Below are positions 16,912-21,373 of a stretch of DNA of 21,373 nt, in pieces (within the stretch, counting starts at the first letter, position 1; each line of letters begins with the position of its first letter). Where the stretch lies: assembly GCA_027491395.1 (NCBI GenBank), contig JAOZFI010000061.1:1-21373 (forward strand), in the 5' to 3' direction. Position numbers and translations under genes: made by a program. This DNA is from Thermoproteota archaeon (GTDB lineage Archaea; Korarchaeota; Korarchaeia; Korarchaeales; Korarchaeaceae). A model generated the notes under the pieces. That model saw only the letters and a list, made by a program, of their open reading frames with translations. It did not search any database and had not been told where the DNA came from.

Positions 16912-17240
16912 TTTTCTCCCTCCACCTTGGGCCTCATGTCGAACTTTATCAACTTTAGTTTGGTCCCCTTACTCAAGACTTCCTTCCCATAGATGGAGCT
17001 GAGCTCCCTCAACAGCTCTTCTAGGTTGGAGAAACCGTCCTCCCTAGCGTGCTCATCAGTTAGCTCCTCTACTTTAATTTCCGAGATCTCCTCGATTATT
17101 GCCTCTCCTATTTCCTCCTCACCGGCCTCCACCAAGACCCTATCCCCCGGCCTCAACTTAGTTTCCCGTCTCAATGTGGACCTCTTTTCCCCGCTCAGTA
17201 TTCTATCCTTGTACTTCCCCCTAAACTTGAGTTTCTTCAT
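16908..17240 (-). CDS. ASCH domain protein
   Basis: ILSGEKRSTLR (GxKxxTxR) and LTDEHAREDGF...IY; SD GGGTGA overlaps the upstream stop codon. Confidence 0.88.
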   Translation of the reverse strand: MKKLKFRGKYKDRILSGEKRSTLRRETKLRPGDRVLVEAGEEEIGEAIIEEISEIKVEELTDEHAREDGFSNLEELLRELSSIYGKEVLSKGTKLKLIKFDMRPKVEGEK

Positions 17241-17246
17241 GGAGGA

Positions 17247-18617
17247 TCACCCCTTCATCAGCCTAGACACGGTCGGAGGAACTATCCCTCCCCTCATCAC
17301 CAGCGCCTTCGAGGAGAACCTGCCGACCGGCATCACTGGAGCTTTACCCAACAGCCCACCGAAATCCACCTCATCTCCCTCCTTGGCCCCGGGAACTGGG
17401 ATCAGCCTCGCACCCAAGGACTTATCCAGCACTATACCTAGGGCCATGACATCCCCTATTATGGCCGCTATCACATGTTCCTCCACATCACCTGGCATCA
17501 CTATCATGTCCAAACCGGTGCTGCACACCGCCGCCATTGCTTCCAAGGAGCTGAGAGCTAACGCCCCCCTCCTAACCGCTTTAGCCATTCCCAAGTCCTC
17601 ACTCACCGGTATGAAGGCTCCACTTAACCCCCCGACGGATGAAGTGGCCATCGCACCGCCCTTCTTCACTGCGTCAGTTAGTATGGCAAGCGCTAGCACG
17701 CTACCGGGAGCCCCGGGCTCCTCCACTCCCATGGCCCTAAGCACATCCGCTACGCTATCTCCAACCGCTGGCGAGGGAGCTAGAGAGAGATCCACAGATC
17801 CGAACCTCACTCCTAACCTCTTAGCGACCTCCCTACCTACGAGCTCACCCAGCCTCGTGATTTTGAACGCGGCTCTCTTCATGGCGTCATGCAGCGTCCT
17901 TAGATCCGCATCCTCAAGGGATCTGACCACGTTCTCTATCACGCCCGGTCCGCTGACCGCCACATTGATCACAGGATCCTCCTCTCCCCTCCCATGGTAG
18001 GCTCCGGGAACGAATGGGGTGCCCTCGGGCGCATTGGCGAATACCCCTAATCTCGTGCATCCCCTCCCTTCGGTGAGATCCGCGGTCCTCTTCACCACCT
18101 CTCCCATCTCGTACACTGCGTCCATGTTTATCCCAGCTAGGGTTGAAGCGGCGTTCACCATGGCGGTGATCCTCTCAGTCGAGGACAGGGCCTCCGGTAT
18201 AGATTTTACGACCCCTTTATCGCCAAGTGAGTAGCCAGATTCGACGAACGCGGCAAACCCCCCTACGTAGTCCACGGCCAGATCTTCAGCGACCGAATCC
18301 AGCGCCTCGGCAATGGAGACTCCCAGCTTGAAGGCTTCCTCCGAGTCTCCTGCTCTAGCATCCAGCAACATGCTGATTGGAGTTACAGCTACCCTCTTCG
18401 TGACTATCTGCACCCCTAACTTTGATGACACCTCCTCCACGGCATCCCTCAATTCCCCAGCCCTATCTTTAACTGTCTCACGCACTCCTTCCGCTAAGTT
18501 ATCGTATTTGAGAGCCCCCATGATGTTGATACCCATGGTCACGGCCCTGATGTCCAAGTGTTGAAATGACAGCATCTCAATTATTTCAGCCAGCTCAGAG
18601 GCATCATATTTGGTCAT
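17247..18617 (-). CDS. DUF711/UPF0210 PFL-like family protein, canonical full-length form
   Basis: LDIRAVTMGI, KRVAVTPI, FANAP..PF.PGAYHG, VSGPGV, AFKITRLGELVG, VGGLSGAFIPVSED and VCSTGLDM motifs; start ATG 18617 (SD GGGGTGA, 5-nt spacing). Confidence 0.92.
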   Translation of the reverse strand: MTKYDASELAEIIEMLSFQHLDIRAVTMGINIMGALKYDNLAEGVRETVKDRAGELRDAVEEVSSKLGVQIVTKRVAVTPISMLLDARAGDSEEAFKLGVSIAEALDSVAEDLAVDYVGGFAAFVESGYSLGDKGVVKSIPEALSSTERITAMVNAASTLAGINMDAVYEMGEVVKRTADLTEGRGCTRLGVFANAPEGTPFVPGAYHGRGEEDPVINVAVSGPGVIENVVRSLEDADLRTLHDAMKRAAFKITRLGELVGREVAKRLGVRFGSVDLSLAPSPAVGDSVADVLRAMGVEEPGAPGSVLALAILTDAVKKGGAMATSSVGGLSGAFIPVSEDLGMAKAVRRGALALSSLEAMAAVCSTGLDMIVMPGDVEEHVIAAIIGDVMALGIVLDKSLGARLIPVPGAKEGDEVDFGGLLGKAPVMPVGRFSSKALVMRGGIVPPTVSRLMKG

Positions 18618-18631
18618 TCCATTCACCCCAG

Positions 18632-18907
18632 CTAAACCTTCTGCATGTATCTGAATACGTCCTCGTGGAGAACCATCACCCTAACCCCTATCTCCTTTCC
18701 TTTCTCCTCCAAACGGTCCCTGAGCTCGAAAATATCGGAGATCGCTTCCGAGATGTCCACCACCATTATCATGGAGAAGAAGCCCCTCAGTACGGTCATG
18801 GATATGTCGACGATGTTCGCCTTGGCCTCGGCAAGTACGGACGATATCGCAGCCACGATGCCCGGCTTATCAGCGCCGACGACCGTGACGACTATCATCT
18901 CTCCCAT
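18632..18907 (-). CDS. ACT domain protein (UPF0237), usual partner of DUF711
   Basis: VVTVVGADKPGIVAAIS...NIVDISMT...FFSMIMVVD...HEDVFRYM; directly upstream of DUF711. Confidence 0.92.
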   Translation of the reverse strand: MGEMIVVTVVGADKPGIVAAISSVLAEAKANIVDISMTVLRGFFSMIMVVDISEAISDIFELRDRLEEKGKEIGVRVMVLHEDVFRYMQKV

Positions 18908-18968
18908 GGACACACCGAGGGGGACAGAAGCACCCGCTTATAGGTGTGGCCCTCGGCGAGCATCCCAG

Positions 18969-18976
18969 TTATATAT
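18969..18976 (+). promoter_or_regulatory. Putative TATA box for aroA in the divergent ACT/aroA intergenic region
   Basis: TTATATAT about 21 nt before ATG 18997, implying a near-leaderless mRNA. Confidence 0.5.
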
Positions 18977-18996
18977 GCCCACCTCATGAAGGATGG

Positions 18997-20274
18997 ATGG
19001 TCCTAATAGGCCCCTCGCTGATAGGAGGAAGGCTCAACTCCCCGCCATCAAAGAGCTACTCCCATAGGGCTATAGCGATTGCTCATCTCTCCGATAAAAG
19101 GTCGGTACTTAGAGGCGTGTCCCTAGCTAGGGATGTGCTTGCCACTTTGAGGGCCGCGGAAATGATGGGCGCTTCCCTCCAAGTAAGGGACGGCGAAGGG
19201 AGAGCGGATATCGTAGTAGAACCCCCAGACCTTCCCACTAATCCGGAGGATGTGGTCTACTGCGGGGGATCGGGAACGACGTTGAGATTCTATACTGCCA
19301 TATCGACTTTAACTGAGAAGGGATATACTGTCCTCACAGGAAATGAGGGACTCAGGAAGAGACCTGTGGGCCCTTTGATAGAGGCAATCAACTCCCTAGG
19401 TGGATGGGCCGTCAGCGCCGGACTAAACGGTCTGCCGCCCATCATCGTGAGGGGAGGGGGGCTTAAGGGTGGAGAGGCCGTCTTACCGGGCAACGTGAGC
19501 TCTCAGTTCTTCTCTGCCCTGCTAATAGCTGGAACCATGTCGGAGGAGGGTATGAGACTCAGGTATGAGGGAGAGCTAGTCTCCAAGCCTTATCTCGAGA
19601 TGACCGCTTACGTGCTCGGAAGGGCCTGTTCCCGCGTGAGGCTGGGGGATGTCCTCGAGGTCGAACCCATCCGCCCCCAAGGGTTGGACATGTCGATACC
19701 GGGGGATTTCGGTCTCGCAGCCCCGTTCATGGTCATGTCATCAGTCACAGGAGGTAAACTAGAGGTTGTTGGGTTAGACAGGAAGGTTCCGCAGGCAGAT
19801 AAGTTAATTGTGGAAATTCTCAGATCCTTCGGGGTCTCAGTTGAGTGGCGGAACGAGTTGCTGGTCGTCGAGGGGAGGCCCACAAGGCCAGCGATCTTGG
19901 ATCTAAGGGACGCCCCAGATCTTCTACCCCTCGCCGCGGTGTTAGCCGTCTTCGCCAGAGGTAGGAGCGTGATAAGGGGCGTAGCTCACGCCAGATTGAA
20001 GGAAAGCGATAGAGTAAGGAACATGAGGGTAGAGCTAGAGAAAGCGGGAGTTGATGTCAAGGAGCTGGAAGATGGTCTGATCGTTGATGGAACGGGAGGA
20101 GTAAGGAGGTGCCCTACACTCGAGTCCCACCGCGACCACAGGATTTTCATGGCCCTAACCGCCTTGGCAGCGGCGTCCAAGGAAGGATGCGAGGTCAGAG
20201 GAGAAGAATGGGTGTCGGACTCCTATCCTAATTTCTTAAAGGATGCTCAGAGTCTCGGCTTGGTGATCTCTTGA
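18997..20274 (+). CDS. aroA: 3-phosphoshikimate 1-carboxyvinyltransferase (EPSP synthase)
   Basis: SKSYSHR, SGTTLR, RP, SSQF, PDL, RLKESDR, DHR and SYP motifs. Start moved to ATG 18997. Confidence 0.92.
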   Translation: MVLIGPSLIGGRLNSPPSKSYSHRAIAIAHLSDKRSVLRGVSLARDVLATLRAAEMMGASLQVRDGEGRADIVVEPPDLPTNPEDVVYCGGSGTTLRFYTAISTLTEKGYTVLTGNEGLRKRPVGPLIEAINSLGGWAVSAGLNGLPPIIVRGGGLKGGEAVLPGNVSSQFFSALLIAGTMSEEGMRLRYEGELVSKPYLEMTAYVLGRACSRVRLGDVLEVEPIRPQGLDMSIPGDFGLAAPFMVMSSVTGGKLEVVGLDRKVPQADKLIVEILRSFGVSVEWRNELLVVEGRPTRPAILDLRDAPDLLPLAAVLAVFARGRSVIRGVAHARLKESDRVRNMRVELEKAGVDVKELEDGLIVDGTGGVRRCPTLESHRDHRIFMALTALAAASKEGCEVRGEEWVSDSYPNFLKDAQSLGLVIS

Positions 20275-21020
20275 AGCTCTACCACCTAGGGATCTCCAAG
20301 GGTACCCTCCCCCCCAGAGTGCTCTTGGTGGGGTCCCGTAGGAGGGTCTCCCTCATCTCCGAGATTATAAAGGGAAGGTTGATGGAGGAGGGCAGGCAGC
20401 TCATAGCGGCAGGTACCTACAATGGAAAGGAGGTCGCGGCTGTCGACACAGGAATGGGCCCATCCTCCGCATCGATAATCGTCAGGGAAGTAATAGAGGC
20501 AATGAACCGGGAGGGAATCCTCATAAGGGCCGGAACCTGCGGTAGCCTGCAGCCTCACGTTGAGGTGGGACATCTCGTAGTATCGAAAGCTGTGATAGCG
20601 GATGAGCAGGTATCCAAGAGGATAGTTGGAGACTTACCACTTATGTCCCACGAAGACGTTGTAAAGGCTCTAGAGACCGCAGCTGAGGAGCTGGGATATG
20701 AGAGAGGCAGGAACCTTCACACGGGGGTAACTCACACTAAGGATGCCCTGTATGAATTTGAGGATCCCGAACTATCTGTAGATCCAGAATCTGGAAGGAA
20801 GAGAATTGAGTTCCTGTCCAAGATGGGCGTCTTGGCTACTGAGATGGAGATGTCCGTGATCCTCGCCCTTACCAACTGGTACAATCTAAGGGGAGGGGTA
20901 TTGAGGGCTGGCGGTCTGTTCCTAGTTGTGTCACCGTTCGTTTCGCGCGGCCTGACCTTCACTCATCCAGATCAAACCGACTTGGTGAAGATAGCCCTTG
21001 CGGCTGTTACCTCCCTCTGA
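20271..21020 (+). CDS. Nucleoside phosphorylase (PNP/uridine phosphorylase family)
   Basis: YHL, TGMGPSS, IRAGTCG and EME motifs; TTG start overlaps the aroA stop (TTGA). Confidence 0.87.
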   Translation: MKLYHLGISKGTLPPRVLLVGSRRRVSLISEIIKGRLMEEGRQLIAAGTYNGKEVAAVDTGMGPSSASIIVREVIEAMNREGILIRAGTCGSLQPHVEVGHLVVSKAVIADEQVSKRIVGDLPLMSHEDVVKALETAAEELGYERGRNLHTGVTHTKDALYEFEDPELSVDPESGRKRIEFLSKMGVLATEMEMSVILALTNWYNLRGGVLRAGGLFLVVSPFVSRGLTFTHPDQTDLVKIALAAVTSL

Positions 21021-21347
21021 TCAGGCATATTCCCTCCAAGTGTACCCACATTTGGTACAGGTGTATATCCTCGTGGGCGGTTCGTCAGCAGCTCTGGTCT
21101 GGACTATCTCCAAGTAAGCCTTGTCGTTACCGCACTTAGGGCACTTTGCCTCTACTATCGGTGCGGCCAGCTTCTTGCCTCCTTCTGCTATTATCACGCC
21201 ATCGCTGTCTGAGGCGACCCTAGTTACTATGGCCGTTGACTTCCCAGGATTACCCTTCATCTCGTATCCACAGCTGGGGCAGTAGTAGACGAGCTCCTTG
21301 CCCACTTTCTTTGGCCTCATGAGAGTTCCGCACTTGGGACAGAACAT
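21021..21347 (-). CDS. tfs: Transcription factor S (TFS, transcript cleavage factor)
   Basis: Two zinc ribbons (CPKC..CPSC; CPKC..CTKC) and the acidic hairpin QTRAADEPPT. Confidence 0.95.
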   Translation of the reverse strand: MFCPKCGTLMRPKKVGKELVYYCPSCGYEMKGNPGKSTAIVTRVASDSDGVIIAEGGKKLAAPIVEAKCPKCGNDKAYLEIVQTRAADEPPTRIYTCTKCGYTWREYA

Positions 21348-21373
21348 TTGGCCTCAGGGCATGATGGAAGTAG

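Noticed and set aside
16993-18000. 335-aa Ser/Pro/Thr-rich plus-strand ORF
   Set aside because: Antisense to the well-supported DUF711 and ASCH genes; low-complexity shadow translation.
21021-21347. Inhibitory TFS paralogue (TFS4-like)
   Set aside because: The catalytic Asp-Glu pair (ADEP) is intact, indicating an ordinary cleavage factor.

Overview
Gene-dense archaeal chromosomal segment. Evidence for archaeal origin: GGTGA Shine-Dalgarno motifs, TATA-box promoters, AglB, TFS and frequent AGG/ATA codons. A thermophilic TACK lineage such as Korarchaeia is plausible but is inference only. From left to right: a Dpp/Opp peptide ABC operon on the minus strand (partial ATPase, two permeases, and a large solute-binding protein with an extra C-terminal domain); a divergent class-III PLP aminotransferase; a Cys-rich HTH regulator; an extended NDP-kinase-like protein downstream of aglB; an EamA-MobA-bactofilin-like operon; a KaiC-associated-type HTH protein with no KaiC neighbour; a toxin-antitoxin-like pair running into a short DUF711 gene; a convergent ACT-DUF711-ASCH-thioredoxin reductase operon; aroA coupled to a nucleoside phosphorylase; and tfs. 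No rRNA, tRNA, CRISPR array or transposase was seen. The best candidate for an undescribed system is 14.1-18.9 kb: two divergent DUF711 (PFL/RNR-like barrel) paralogues facing each other, one in a tight operon with ACT, ASCH and TrxR genes and the other behind a degenerate TumE/TumA-like pair. All family assignments come from motif recognition by eye; no database searches were run.
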